From an uncultured bacterium (lineage in GTDB: Bacteria > Hinthialibacterota > Hinthialibacteria > OLB16), in contig CAYZUX010000001.1 in the NCBI GenBank assembly GCA_964481775.1, forward strand, positions 16,840 to 80,839: 64,000 nt of DNA, written 5' to 3'. This document shows, one piece after another, positions 29,423-39,202 of this stretch. The translations under genes and the position numbers were made by a program. The notes under the pieces are model-generated. The model made no database searches and had not been told where the DNA came from. It was given only the letters and a program-made list of their open reading frames with translations. Each line of letters opens with the position of its first letter. Position 1 is the first letter of the stretch.

Positions 29423-31861
29423 CTATCGATAATAAGAGCAAGTTGTGATGGCGGATTTTATTTCTTGACGATATTGGTCGCCAATCTCTTCGGCTGATAA
29501 GTCTCTCGCGAAAAACTTGAACTCGTCCATCTGTCCGGAAAAGTATTGGCTTTTCAGAAAGTGAGGATTATAGCCGATACTGATTTCCTTGGCATTTGTT
29601 TCCAAAAGGGGATGAATTGAGATTTGTTCAATTGCCGAACCGTTCAGGTATAGTTTGAATGAATTATTATCCTTGACTACAGAAATATGATACCAGCAAC
29701 TGTTTTTCAGTTCATAACCTGATGTCAAGCAGGTTGTGTCTTGAATAATGCCAGCGTAGAGAATATTCCCGGTGATGAAAATTGTCAGAGGATCGTCATT
29801 CAGAGCACTGCGCGCTGAGACGATCGGCAAGCGGAAACCATCGGAAACAACCTCAGGATCCATTTCCTTAAGGCGAATCCATACGATAAATGTATAGTTT
29901 TCAATCGGGAAGTATGGAAGTCCATAACGAAGCCGGGAGGATTGACCATCAAATAGGATCGCACTGTCTTCGTTTCCGTTCCGATCGACCGCGGGTAAAG
30001 TTCCTGACTCTTCGAGAAGTTGACCTGTCTCAGGTGTTCCATCTCCATCAAGTGGTGATGCCAGAGCTAGTGCTTCTTCTCCCAACGACTTAATCCAAAG
30101 TTGACGGCGTGCACTGTTGATTTCCTGAAAGAAGGGAAGGGTGGATCCCATCTGGTCCATGGCAATAAGTGAGTCCCCTTTCCACATCATGTCTATTTTC
30201 CGGCCATTGAGGATTTCGCTTGTTTCGTATACCGGGAGAGGAAATCCGATCGAAATCACCTTGTTCAAGGGAGGATTCGATACCTTAAGATAATAGTCCA
30301 ATAGGGTCGTTGAGAGTAGGACGCCTTCGGAATGGACAGTGATTGTGTCACGATCTACCCAATCTGAAAGGCGTACATATAAATGACCAGGGGATTTGAC
30401 AACAATATTGAAATTATTTCCGTTTGGATATGGCGAGGTTACGGCTATGTCGTCATTCTCGAAACCGAAAAGAAGGTTCACATAATGATCTCCATTGATC
30501 CTCCTACAGCAATTCAATTTTATTTCCGCAACCTGAGCGATTCCTCCTGCCACGATGTCGAAAAAGAAGGCTCCATTGAAATAAGGATTCCTGGTTGCAA
30601 GATGCCCGTAGGGAGCGGGGAAACCATAGGCTCCCTTGCTGCGTCCCTTGACATTATAATAAGCATCGGGAGTTGGCGGATTTACATTATCGGGAACAAA
30701 ACTGTTATCAAGGAGCTGGGTTGGCAGGAGGTGGGCTCGCGTATATCGTTCAGCATCCTGATAGTATTGGGGAAATCCCCAATCTCCAAGGTGGAGTGCG
30801 GTGTGAATGATTTCACAGGTGTTATTGATTTCTCCGACATCGCTATTCATGCTTAAACGTTCTGGGTACCACCCTGTCTGGCTTGAATGTTCCTTCAGCC
30901 CATTATCGTAGAAGGCGCGGACACGTTCTTTCATAATGGGATCGTTTGTCACGGTTGCAACCTGTGCCAAAGCGCTCATCCTGCCGACGATCTCAAATCC
31001 ATGGTCTCCTCCTGAAATACTTCCATCGGCAGGGAAATCATAGGCCATGTGAATCCCTCCAAAGATTGAGGAAATTTCATAGGCCAGAGAGGAACCGGTC
31101 ACTTGCTGGTAACGGGATATTGACCAGGTTGCGAAAGGAAAGGAACGGACATTGGATGAACTTGGGCCAGGCCATGCAGGAGAACCTCCTGTGCCTCCAC
31201 CGATTAATCCGAATTTCTGTTGGAAAGCAAGCCAACTGAACCCGGGATTTACAAAATAGGAATTATAATTCGACAGAGATTCATTAAAGTACTCGATTGC
31301 TGTCGAATCATTCCGAAACTGAACAAGGCCCAGTAACCCTCGCATCCCTGCGCCATTATTGAAGATCCAACAGGTGTTGAAGGGCCCACCAATCGTGGAG
31401 GGATCCGCGGGGATTCCACGCACGAGGTTATATGAATCAAGTAAAACAGTTCGGTATTTTTCAAAGACAACGGGATCAAGAGGTTGTCCAAGTGCCTTTT
31501 CAGCCATGAGGAGAGCATATAAGGCTCTGCCTGTTACATTTCCTACGCTCAATTGGGAATGGAACTTCATTTGTGGCCGGGAAAGGACCCAGCATTCGAA
31601 GTAAGGTATGTTCCGATCCTGGGGATTCAAGATGTTCGACATACAGTGTATTCCCCATTTGAGCGCCAGATCCAGGTCCGTAGTATTAACTTCCAGTGGT
31701 TCGCTTCCTAATGATCCAGTTGACGGGAAAGACAATACCAGAAGAAAACATCCGTATAAAAGAACTGCATTCAAAAGCTGCTGACTGGTTTTGGGATAAT
31801 GGCCTGCAGGTGCTGTGAAAGCCGTTACAAGTGATATTCTTTTCATCGTTCTCCTGCTCAT
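29423..31861 (-). CDS. Secreted member of an uncharacterised putative glycoside-hydrolase family (paralogue a) with a C-terminal LamG domain
   Basis: Signal peptide present. Family blocks shared with the 543-aa and 630-aa paralogues: WGIHCMSNILNPQDRNIPYFECWVL, DVGEINNTCEIIHTALHLGDWGFPQYYQDAERYTRAHLLPTQLLDNSFVP and KGAYGFPAPYGHLA. The C-terminal ~170 aa form a LamG (DSAILFDGQSSRL...FSGQMDEFKFFARDLSAEEI). Confidence 0.6.
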   Translation of the reverse strand: MSRRTMKRISLVTAFTAPAGHYPKTSQQLLNAVLLYGCFLLVLSFPSTGSLGSEPLEVNTTDLDLALKWGIHCMSNILNPQDRNIPYFECWVLSRPQMKFHSQLSVGNVTGRALYALLMAEKALGQPLDPVVFEKYRTVLLDSYNLVRGIPADPSTIGGPFNTCWIFNNGAGMRGLLGLVQFRNDSTAIEYFNESLSNYNSYFVNPGFSWLAFQQKFGLIGGGTGGSPAWPGPSSSNVRSFPFATWSISRYQQVTGSSLAYEISSIFGGIHMAYDFPADGSISGGDHGFEIVGRMSALAQVATVTNDPIMKERVRAFYDNGLKEHSSQTGWYPERLSMNSDVGEINNTCEIIHTALHLGDWGFPQYYQDAERYTRAHLLPTQLLDNSFVPDNVNPPTPDAYYNVKGRSKGAYGFPAPYGHLATRNPYFNGAFFFDIVAGGIAQVAEIKLNCCRRINGDHYVNLLFGFENDDIAVTSPYPNGNNFNIVVKSPGHLYVRLSDWVDRDTITVHSEGVLLSTTLLDYYLKVSNPPLNKVISIGFPLPVYETSEILNGRKIDMMWKGDSLIAMDQMGSTLPFFQEINSARRQLWIKSLGEEALALASPLDGDGTPETGQLLEESGTLPAVDRNGNEDSAILFDGQSSRLRYGLPYFPIENYTFIVWIRLKEMDPEVVSDGFRLPIVSARSALNDDPLTIFITGNILYAGIIQDTTCLTSGYELKNSCWYHISVVKDNNSFKLYLNGSAIEQISIHPLLETNAKEISIGYNPHFLKSQYFSGQMDEFKFFARDLSAEEIGDQYRQEIKSAITTCSYYR

Positions 31862-31879
31862 TTACTGATTCGACGAAAC

Positions 31880-32758
31880 CTAACCTTTCAGGCCGCTCAT
31901 CACCATTCCCTGGATGAAATAGGTCTGAAAGACGAAAAAAACGATAAGGCAGGGAAGAAGAACCATAGCTGAGGCCGCCATCAGGGTGTGGAGATAAACA
32001 CCACCGTAAAAGTAATTCTGGTAGAAGCTGAGTGCCAGTGCAAGGGTACGTTTATTTTCGCTGGAAACATAAATCAGTGGACCCATGAAATCATTCCAGG
32101 CTCCCATGAAAGAGAAAATCGTGACTGTGATCAGGGCTGGCCTGGAAAGTGGCAATGCGATATGACGGAAAGTTGCAAAGAACCCGCATCCATCAATTCG
32201 TGCGGCATCCTCAAGTGCGCTTGGGAGTCCCTTGAAGAATTGCCGGAAAAGAAAGATAAAGAAAGCATTCCCGAAAAAGGCTGGAATGTAGAGTGGCAGG
32301 AGAGTATCGATCCATCCAAGATACACGAACAGAGTGAATGTCGGGATCATGGTCACTTGTACGGGTAACATCAGGGTGGCAAGGGACAAGAGGAAAAATG
32401 TATCACGTCCTTTCCAACGGAGCCTGGCGAAGCTGTAGCCAGCCAGCGAGCAAGAAAAAAGGCTGCCGGTAATTGTCAGTGCAGTCACCCAGATCGTGTT
32501 CCAGAGATATTGGAGGAAAGGCCACTCGACAATCACATCCCGGTAGTTCTCCCAACGTGGATGGTCCGGGATCCATTTGGGAGGATAAATAAAAACTTCT
32601 CCAGCATCTTTGATTGATGTACTGAGCATCCAGACAAAGGGCATGAGAAAGGTTGCTGCCCCGAGAATGAGGAGGAGATAGGCAACCCAGTCTCCAAAGG
32701 TGCGGAGTGGTCCTGTTGATGGAGCAGGTTCGTTTGGGGAATAGTCCTTAGTCCTCAT
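31880..32758 (-). CDS. Carbohydrate ABC transporter permease (MalG/UgpE-type)
   Basis: EAA-loop LEDAARIDGCGFFATFRHIALPLSRP with 6 TM segments. The track ORF extends to 32779; the Met at 32758 avoids overlap with the upstream stop. Confidence 0.85.
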   Translation of the reverse strand: MRTKDYSPNEPAPSTGPLRTFGDWVAYLLLILGAATFLMPFVWMLSTSIKDAGEVFIYPPKWIPDHPRWENYRDVIVEWPFLQYLWNTIWVTALTITGSLFSCSLAGYSFARLRWKGRDTFFLLSLATLMLPVQVTMIPTFTLFVYLGWIDTLLPLYIPAFFGNAFFIFLFRQFFKGLPSALEDAARIDGCGFFATFRHIALPLSRPALITVTIFSFMGAWNDFMGPLIYVSSENKRTLALALSFYQNYFYGGVYLHTLMAASAMVLLPCLIVFFVFQTYFIQGMVMSGLKG

Positions 32759-33635
32759 AATATACCCAGTGTTTTGCAAGTAAGAAATTCAGGAGAGTCA
32801 GGCCAAACACGACCAGAAAGAAAAGCCATGCCAGCGCCGAGGCATATCCCATCTGGAGCCACTCAAAGGCATTCCTGTAGACATACAGAACAAACATCAG
32901 AGTGGCATTGGCCGGGCCACCATTGGTCATGATGGCAGCCTGAGTGAAAACCTGGAAGGAACCGATAACTCCCATGATGATGGTGAAAAAAAGAACTGGA
33001 GAGAGCATCGGAAGTGTCACATGCCGGAAAAGGTTCCATCGTCCTGCACCATCGATCAAAGCCGCTTCGTAGAGATAAGGAGGGATCGTCTGCAGACCGG
33101 CCAGGTAGATGACCATCGCCCCACCGATCCCCCAAAGGCTCATCAGGATGAGGGCGGGAAGTGCCCAGACTTCACTGGTCAGCCAGCCAGGTGTTGGCAA
33201 GGAAAAAAACCTGAGAATTGTATTGGCAAGACCAAACTCTGGATTGTAAATCCACTGCCAGAGCATCGCGACAGCGACGCCGGAAATGACAGATGGGAGA
33301 TAGTAAATGGTCCTGAGAATATATCGCCCAGGACAAGGACGATTCAAGCCAACAGCGATCAGCAGAGCCAGGGACAGACCCAGAGGGACACTGACAATGG
33401 TATAGAGAGATGAGACCATCAGTGATTTTCGAACAAGGGGGTCATCAAAAATCAGCTTGGTGTAGTTTCCAAGACCTACCCACTCAGGAGGTGAAAGCAG
33501 GTTCCAGTCAGTCAGGCTGATAAAGAAGGATGCCACTACAGATCCTCCAACAAAAAGGAGAAGTCCCAGGATCCATGGCAAGACAAACAGGATACCGGCG
33601 ACTTGTTCTTTCGTCCTGAGCTTTTGCAATGTCAA
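32748..33635 (-). CDS. Carbohydrate ABC transporter permease (MalF/UgpA-type)
   Basis: EAA-loop YEAALIDGAGRWNLFRHVTLPMLSP; polytopic membrane protein. Confidence 0.85.
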   Translation of the reverse strand: MTLQKLRTKEQVAGILFVLPWILGLLLFVGGSVVASFFISLTDWNLLSPPEWVGLGNYTKLIFDDPLVRKSLMVSSLYTIVSVPLGLSLALLIAVGLNRPCPGRYILRTIYYLPSVISGVAVAMLWQWIYNPEFGLANTILRFFSLPTPGWLTSEVWALPALILMSLWGIGGAMVIYLAGLQTIPPYLYEAALIDGAGRWNLFRHVTLPMLSPVLFFTIIMGVIGSFQVFTQAAIMTNGGPANATLMFVLYVYRNAFEWLQMGYASALAWLFFLVVFGLTLLNFLLAKHWVYYED

Positions 33636-34987
33636 TTGACTCCTCCACGTTGAAGGATTTCATCCACCTTGGGGACGATCACATTGACACACTCGGTTGC
33701 GGATTTCTGGCCCAGCCAGAAGAGGTCCAATTCGACAGGTAACAATGTCTCACATATTTTTTGTGCCTCCAGATGTAACACATCTCCAGGACGAGCTTTC
33801 TTGATGTCCGCGATACGGCATTCCGCATGGTTTTCAGGTACACCCTGTGGATGCCAGAAACCGGGATCGCGAGCCAGTCCTTCGCGTGATGGAATCCACA
33901 ACGCGAAATCACCGAGCATCCTTTGAGCTTCCGGGCTTTGGTAATATTTTACCAGCTCCCAGGATTCCTCCGGGTGTTTAGTGTCCGCCTTGATCCCATG
34001 CCCACAGATCCTGACTGCAACCGCGAATTTCTTTCCCCGGGGTACCGGGGCCATTCCCCAGGAGAAACTTTTGATGCTGCGGAATTGTTCGATCATCCAG
34101 CTGCCTTCGATTTCCATCGCGATCTTTCCGGTCATGAAATCTCCACCCAGTGCACCTGCCTGAACCGGGTTTGGACTGGCATGATCCTTGTGGATCAGAT
34201 CCTGGAGGAAGGTAAGAGCCTCGAGTGCCTGAGAGGTTCCCAGGAGGCATCTGGTGGGTGTAACCATCCGATCAAACAGTTCTCCTCCATTCTGCCAGAC
34301 GAAATTCAGCCAGAATCCCCACCAGGGGGAAAGATTCGTTCCAAACTGGAGTGGCCTTTCCCCCTCAAACAGTGTCAGCTGTATGGCTGCTCTTCTGAAA
34401 GTTTCCCAATCCCAGTTCTCATCGGGATAGGCGATCCCGGCTTTATCAAAGATGTCCTTGTTGTAGTAAAGGTGAAAAGTGACCGGGCCAAGGGGGCAGA
34501 TCAGTGTTTCCCCATGATAGGAATATGACTCCTCACAGTACTTGATTAAAGAATCGTCTTCTCGCAGAAAGTCCTTTCTGGTTTGTCTCTCACTCTCGAT
34601 AAAGGGACGTAGACTGAGAAGGCGTTTGTTTTCATACAAAGCAACAGCTTGCCATGCAGTGAGCCACATCACATCCGGAGCCACCCCGGCCGCGTTCAGG
34701 ATCTGAAGCTTTGTGTTGTACTGAGCACCCGGGATATGCATGATCTCGACATTAATATCCGGGTGCGACTCCATGAAAGCTGCGACAATCCGCCTGTTTA
34801 TGGTCATCTCCTCTGGGCTTCCCCAGGTGGAGAACTTGATGGTCACGCTCCTTGGATGAGAGAGAAGATCAATGGAATCTCGTGAACACGAGCTCAAGCA
34901 TGCCGCCAGGATGACAATAACTGGAATACCAGTCTGTGTTGCAGCAGACTGGCCTGACCTTCCCATATCCGCTACGAGCCCTCTCAT
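33632..34987 (-). CDS. ABC transporter extracellular solute-binding lipoprotein (family 1, sugar)
   Basis: Lipobox VILAAC|LSSC. The architecture and size match the SBP_bac_1 family. There is a 4-nt overlap with the downstream permease. Confidence 0.8.
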   Translation of the reverse strand: MRGLVADMGRSGQSAATQTGIPVIVILAACLSSCSRDSIDLLSHPRSVTIKFSTWGSPEEMTINRRIVAAFMESHPDINVEIMHIPGAQYNTKLQILNAAGVAPDVMWLTAWQAVALYENKRLLSLRPFIESERQTRKDFLREDDSLIKYCEESYSYHGETLICPLGPVTFHLYYNKDIFDKAGIAYPDENWDWETFRRAAIQLTLFEGERPLQFGTNLSPWWGFWLNFVWQNGGELFDRMVTPTRCLLGTSQALEALTFLQDLIHKDHASPNPVQAGALGGDFMTGKIAMEIEGSWMIEQFRSIKSFSWGMAPVPRGKKFAVAVRICGHGIKADTKHPEESWELVKYYQSPEAQRMLGDFALWIPSREGLARDPGFWHPQGVPENHAECRIADIKKARPGDVLHLEAQKICETLLPVELDLFWLGQKSATECVNVIVPKVDEILQRGGVN

Positions 34988-34996
34988 GACCCAATT

Positions 34997-36628
34997 CTAG
35001 TATTGTTTTCCTTGGCATACAGCCTCTCGCACATGAGCATGGCCAAAGAATGGCAGGAAAATCCCTGTGGGATCCATGGCGATAACCTGGTTTCCCTTCC
35101 AGTTGACCCGATAGGATCGACCATTGATCCACTCCTCGGACCACCTGTGACTGGAATGAAAGTCTACGTGAAAAACCGCTGGGCCTTTTCCAAGCAGAAG
35201 GTAACCATTATCGAAGCGTGACGGAATCGGTTTTTCAAGTTGACTTGCCTTGATGCTCCGATGGTCGACCCAGTTTGGAATTCGAATCTTGCAGAACTGG
35301 TTAGTGAGTACCTCAATGGTGATTCGATCACCAGCTGGAAATAGCGATCGAACAATGATTTCGGGTGAGGTATGATCAACGAGCAGATTAACGGTCAGGT
35401 CCAAACTCTTGTCGATTACCTTGTTGGCAACCATGCACAAAGCCTGCACTCCTCCACAGGTGATGTCGAAGTTAAAATTGAGGAAATCTGTACCAAGTGC
35501 CTGATGTCCATAGGGGGCTGGAAATCCAAATGCACCGCGTACCCTTGAGGGAATATCTTTTTCGAAATCACCCGCCGGGTCGCTGACTTGTTGAATCCAG
35601 TCCGTATCCAGTAATTGTGAGGGAATCACATGCGAGCGGAGCATCAGTTCCACATCCTCATAATAGTGAGGAGACTCCCAGCAAGCCAGATGAAGTCCTG
35701 TCTGCATGATATCGCCTGTGTTGTTGATTTCGCCCACATCAAGATCGTTTTCCAGATTCTCCTTGGACCAGCCCAGTGTAGACATGATCTTTCCATCAAA
35801 AGTCCCCTTATAAAGAACACTGACCTGTGTTTTCAGGTTCGTTTCATCGAGAACCTCCGCCAGGAGGGCAAGTGAACTGATGGTTGAAGTGATGGAGTGA
35901 ACATGCCATCCAGCCTTTTCATTGGCCCGGCCTTCCTTGTCGAAGCACTCACGCAGCACGGCAAAACGGAACCTTTGTGCCAGGTCCAACGCCTGCTCGT
36001 TTCCCGTTGTTGTGTAGTATTTGACGAGTGACCCGATCAGTCTTCCTGATGTGGAGGTCAGGTACCTGTCATGCCGGACTACATCACCGAGTGGAAGATA
36101 CTCCTCGTAGGTTGACCATCTCCCGCGATTCCAGGAGCCATCGGGATCCACAAGGCCAGAGAGACGCTGTATCATCCTGTCACCAAAAGCGCGTGCCTGT
36201 TGGTCATCACGGAACCGGACCAGCGCATTTAATCCCTGCAAGCCTTCACGCAGATTGTGGAAAGCCACCCGTTTCTGGTGCAGTTTTTCATCATAATATC
36301 CATTCAGCCCATCCTCACCGGCAAATGAAGTCAGCAGAGCGGATCGATAATCTTCTACAACAGTTTCATCAATTTCGATGGGAAAAGTATTCTCAGCAAG
36401 CAGCAGCGCATCCAGAGCACGGCCCGGCATGTGGGATATATCAAAGAAGGGGATATGGTAGAAATGAGGGCGTGAAGCCAGGAGCGCAACCCCAAAGTAG
36501 GGAATCCTGCCCTTGTCAGGATCAAAAACCTGGGATATGTTGCCAACTGCAGCCTTTACGGTTTCCGAAAGATGGACGATTGCCATACCGGTCATCCTGT
36601 TATTGGAATGAGCGAGCTTCTTGCTCAC
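34997..36628 (-). CDS. Cytoplasmic paralogue (b) of the uncharacterised putative glycoside-hydrolase family
   Basis: No signal peptide. It shares LDVGEINNTGDIMQTGLHLACWESPHYYEDVELMLRSHVIPSQLLD and RGAFGFPAPYGHQA with the flanking paralogues. Confidence 0.6.
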   Translation of the reverse strand: MSKKLAHSNNRMTGMAIVHLSETVKAAVGNISQVFDPDKGRIPYFGVALLASRPHFYHIPFFDISHMPGRALDALLLAENTFPIEIDETVVEDYRSALLTSFAGEDGLNGYYDEKLHQKRVAFHNLREGLQGLNALVRFRDDQQARAFGDRMIQRLSGLVDPDGSWNRGRWSTYEEYLPLGDVVRHDRYLTSTSGRLIGSLVKYYTTTGNEQALDLAQRFRFAVLRECFDKEGRANEKAGWHVHSITSTISSLALLAEVLDETNLKTQVSVLYKGTFDGKIMSTLGWSKENLENDLDVGEINNTGDIMQTGLHLACWESPHYYEDVELMLRSHVIPSQLLDTDWIQQVSDPAGDFEKDIPSRVRGAFGFPAPYGHQALGTDFLNFNFDITCGGVQALCMVANKVIDKSLDLTVNLLVDHTSPEIIVRSLFPAGDRITIEVLTNQFCKIRIPNWVDHRSIKASQLEKPIPSRFDNGYLLLGKGPAVFHVDFHSSHRWSEEWINGRSYRVNWKGNQVIAMDPTGIFLPFFGHAHVREAVCQGKQY

Positions 36629-36654
36629 TTGTGACTGTCATCTCAAAAAAATAC

Positions 36655-38442
36655 TCACTGATATGTTTTCCATGTATCGACGATGGATGGAATGAAGATC
36701 TCCTTGAAGAAGGGGAGAGGACAAGCCATCTGATTCATCGCCGCGACAGAATCCCCACGCCAGAGAATTGTAATCTGCCTGTCATTGATCGTTTCTGTTT
36801 CGAGCCTGAAGGGAATGTCCATCTGGATCGTGAATGTATCTCCAACAGGCAGGTCAGACAGGATCAGGAAAAGACCCTCAAACTGTTTCTCGGGCGTATT
36901 TTCGAGGCCGGTAACTTTCAGAGTATCCCGGTTAACCCAGGAGGGTAGTCTCACATGCAGGTCACCGCCCACCCGGAGCGTGACCTCAACTGCATTTCCA
37001 TTGGGGTAGGGGCCTTTTACCAGGATCTGGCTATTATCCTGATCAAAAAGCATGAGCAGGTAATGGTTCCCATCCTGAAACTTGTAGGAATGCTTAATAA
37101 CTTCTGAAAGCGAAAGTGCCCCTCCAGCCACGATATCCATGTGAAAGGCACCCTGATGCCTGGAGTTCTTGGTTGCGATGTGACCATAGGGCGCGGGAAA
37201 ACCGAATGCTCCCTTGGTCCGCTCCTTGATGTTATCTTTTGAATCATTCAGGTCGGAGTGTGCGGCCACGAAGGAATTGTCCAACAGCTGGGATGGAAGC
37301 AGGTGAGCACGAGTGTACCGTTCGGCATCTTCATAATATTCAGTCCATCCCCGGTCGCCAAGAATCATGGCGGCTTCGGCGAGTTCTCCAGTTGTGTTTA
37401 CCTCTCCGGTGTCACTCTGGCTGCGAGTATTTTCTGGCACCCATCCGGTTGAGCTGCGAACAACTCGAAGTCCATTATCGTACCGGGCCCGGGCCCGGTT
37501 CATCATGGTCGCATCCCCTATCTCAAGCGCAACTCTGGCAAGCGCATTCATCTCGCGGGTTGGGCCTAACATGAAAAATGTATTGGCGGGTAAAGAACCA
37601 TCCTCCGGGAATTTCAGTGACATGAGGTTATTCGCATAGATCTGGCACATTTCGAGAGATGGGGCGTATCCAGTTGCCTGATAGTATTCCAGGAAGGCGA
37701 GAACACAGGTGGAGTCAGTTCCATAGCCGGGACTACCCTGTGGCCAGCCCTGTCCCAGTATGCCTCCTGTAGTGGGAAGATTGAAATGTTCCCGGAAGGC
37801 AGCCCAACTATAGCCGGCGTCAACAAAATAAGTTTTGAGATTCGCGATTCCTTCCTCCATCAGGTCCCCGGCGGCTGTGTCGTTACGGTATTTGACGAGG
37901 GCAGCCAGGGCGCGCATGGCATGGCCATTGATTGCCCAGTAGGTGTTATAGGGTGCACCCACTGCATCGGGAGCCGCGCAGACACCCGGTACGGGGCTGA
38001 ACGAATCAAAGACCACCTGCCGGTAACGTTCGATTACCAATGGATCGACTGGCAGGCCTGTGGCAGCTTCTGTAATCAAGAGGGCCTGTAATATCTTTGC
38101 CGCGTTGACCGGCACACTGTAATAGGCGTTGTATAGCATGTAGGGAGGGTTCTGAAGCACATAACAGTCGAAATATGGAATGTAGCGGTCCTGAGGATTC
38201 TGAACATTAGACATGCAATGAATGCTCCATTGCAAAGCGAGACGAAGATCATGATCGTTTATTTGTACTGGATCGACAGCATGTGCGCCCATTGGAAATC
38301 CGGCAGCACTGATGACAATCAGCCACTTCACGCATCCTGCAGGGTTGTCCCCCCATGAGAAAATCCCCCACTCCAAATGAAGACCTTTTCCCCGGGTGGA
38401 GAGAGCGGATCCTTGGTCAATGACTTGCGAGGCCTTTCTCAT
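36655..38442 (-). CDS. Secreted paralogue (c) of the uncharacterised putative glycoside-hydrolase family
   Basis: Shares WSIHCMSNVQNPQDRYIPYFDCYVL, SDTGEVNTTGELAEAAMILGDRGWTEYYEDAERYTRAHLLPSQLLDNSFV and KGAFGFPAPYGHIA. The track ORF runs to 38547 and overlaps the pseudopilin gene. The Met at ~38442 precedes a signal peptide (KWLIVISAAGFPMGAHA) and is the likelier start. Confidence 0.6.
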   Translation of the reverse strand: MRKASQVIDQGSALSTRGKGLHLEWGIFSWGDNPAGCVKWLIVISAAGFPMGAHAVDPVQINDHDLRLALQWSIHCMSNVQNPQDRYIPYFDCYVLQNPPYMLYNAYYSVPVNAAKILQALLITEAATGLPVDPLVIERYRQVVFDSFSPVPGVCAAPDAVGAPYNTYWAINGHAMRALAALVKYRNDTAAGDLMEEGIANLKTYFVDAGYSWAAFREHFNLPTTGGILGQGWPQGSPGYGTDSTCVLAFLEYYQATGYAPSLEMCQIYANNLMSLKFPEDGSLPANTFFMLGPTREMNALARVALEIGDATMMNRARARYDNGLRVVRSSTGWVPENTRSQSDTGEVNTTGELAEAAMILGDRGWTEYYEDAERYTRAHLLPSQLLDNSFVAAHSDLNDSKDNIKERTKGAFGFPAPYGHIATKNSRHQGAFHMDIVAGGALSLSEVIKHSYKFQDGNHYLLMLFDQDNSQILVKGPYPNGNAVEVTLRVGGDLHVRLPSWVNRDTLKVTGLENTPEKQFEGLFLILSDLPVGDTFTIQMDIPFRLETETINDRQITILWRGDSVAAMNQMACPLPFFKEIFIPSIVDTWKTYQ

Positions 38443-38521
38443 CCCGGTGTACCCGAATTCCTTTAAGACTGGGGCGGCATCAATCGTGTGGCTCACGCTT
38501 GATGCCCAAACCAAAACTGGT

Positions 38522-39124
38522 TCAGAACTGATAACCTCTCCCTCCAAAGTATTTCAGGTCGCCATTACTGTCCGTTCCATTGGTTGGATTATATGGGATA
38601 GGTCCTTGAGGTGGACTCAAACGGGCTCCACTGAAACGATCATTATCACGGTCAGGTCCCCAGCCACGCATCTGGTAAGGTGCGCGAATCATTCTTCCCT
38701 GTATATCGTAAAACTCGATGAGTGCTCCTTGGGCCAGGTCATCATAAAGGAAGTAATCAAAGGTTCTGAACTCATTGTATGGCGGCTGTTCGCCATTGCC
38801 ATTAAAGATGTCATCGGGGACGATAGACATGTACTTCACTGGTGTAGTCAAAGGGACAAGTCGTTGGAGGTAGCTTTTGAAATTTCCCGGTGTCTTGTTG
38901 ATGACTCCGGAGATGTACTGCTGGTAATCACCGCGATAAGCCTCGAGTGCTGTCGCCACTGACCTCATATCAGCATAATTGCGTGTTATTTTGGCGCGTA
39001 CTTGAGCTGAAAGAAAGTTGGGAAGCGCAATCGCGATCAGTATGAGAATAATGGCGATGACGATCAGCAACTCGATCAGGGTAAAACCACGGCGGGACAA
39101 CACGATTAGAACCTCCTTCTGCAT
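38522..39124 (-). CDS. GspG-like pseudopilin / prepilin-type N-terminal cleavage-methylation domain protein (paralogue 2 of 3)
   Basis: MQKEVLIVLSRR|GFTLIELLIVIAIILILIAIALPNFLSAQVRAKITRNYADMRSVATALEAY with C-terminus NPTNGTDSNGDLKYFGGRG. The track ORF begins 17 codons upstream at 39175. A start at 39124 would give a 12-aa leader like that of paralogue 1. Confidence 0.85.
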   Translation of the reverse strand: MQKEVLIVLSRRGFTLIELLIVIAIILILIAIALPNFLSAQVRAKITRNYADMRSVATALEAYRGDYQQYISGVINKTPGNFKSYLQRLVPLTTPVKYMSIVPDDIFNGNGEQPPYNEFRTFDYFLYDDLAQGALIEFYDIQGRMIRAPYQMRGWGPDRDNDRFSGARLSPPQGPIPYNPTNGTDSNGDLKYFGGRGYQF

Positions 39125-39202
39125 ACAACTCTTTGACTTGGGAAAAAACTGGCTGGAAGTGGGGAGGGTGATCAAACCGGCCCACTTCCAGCCAGCAAAA
39201 GT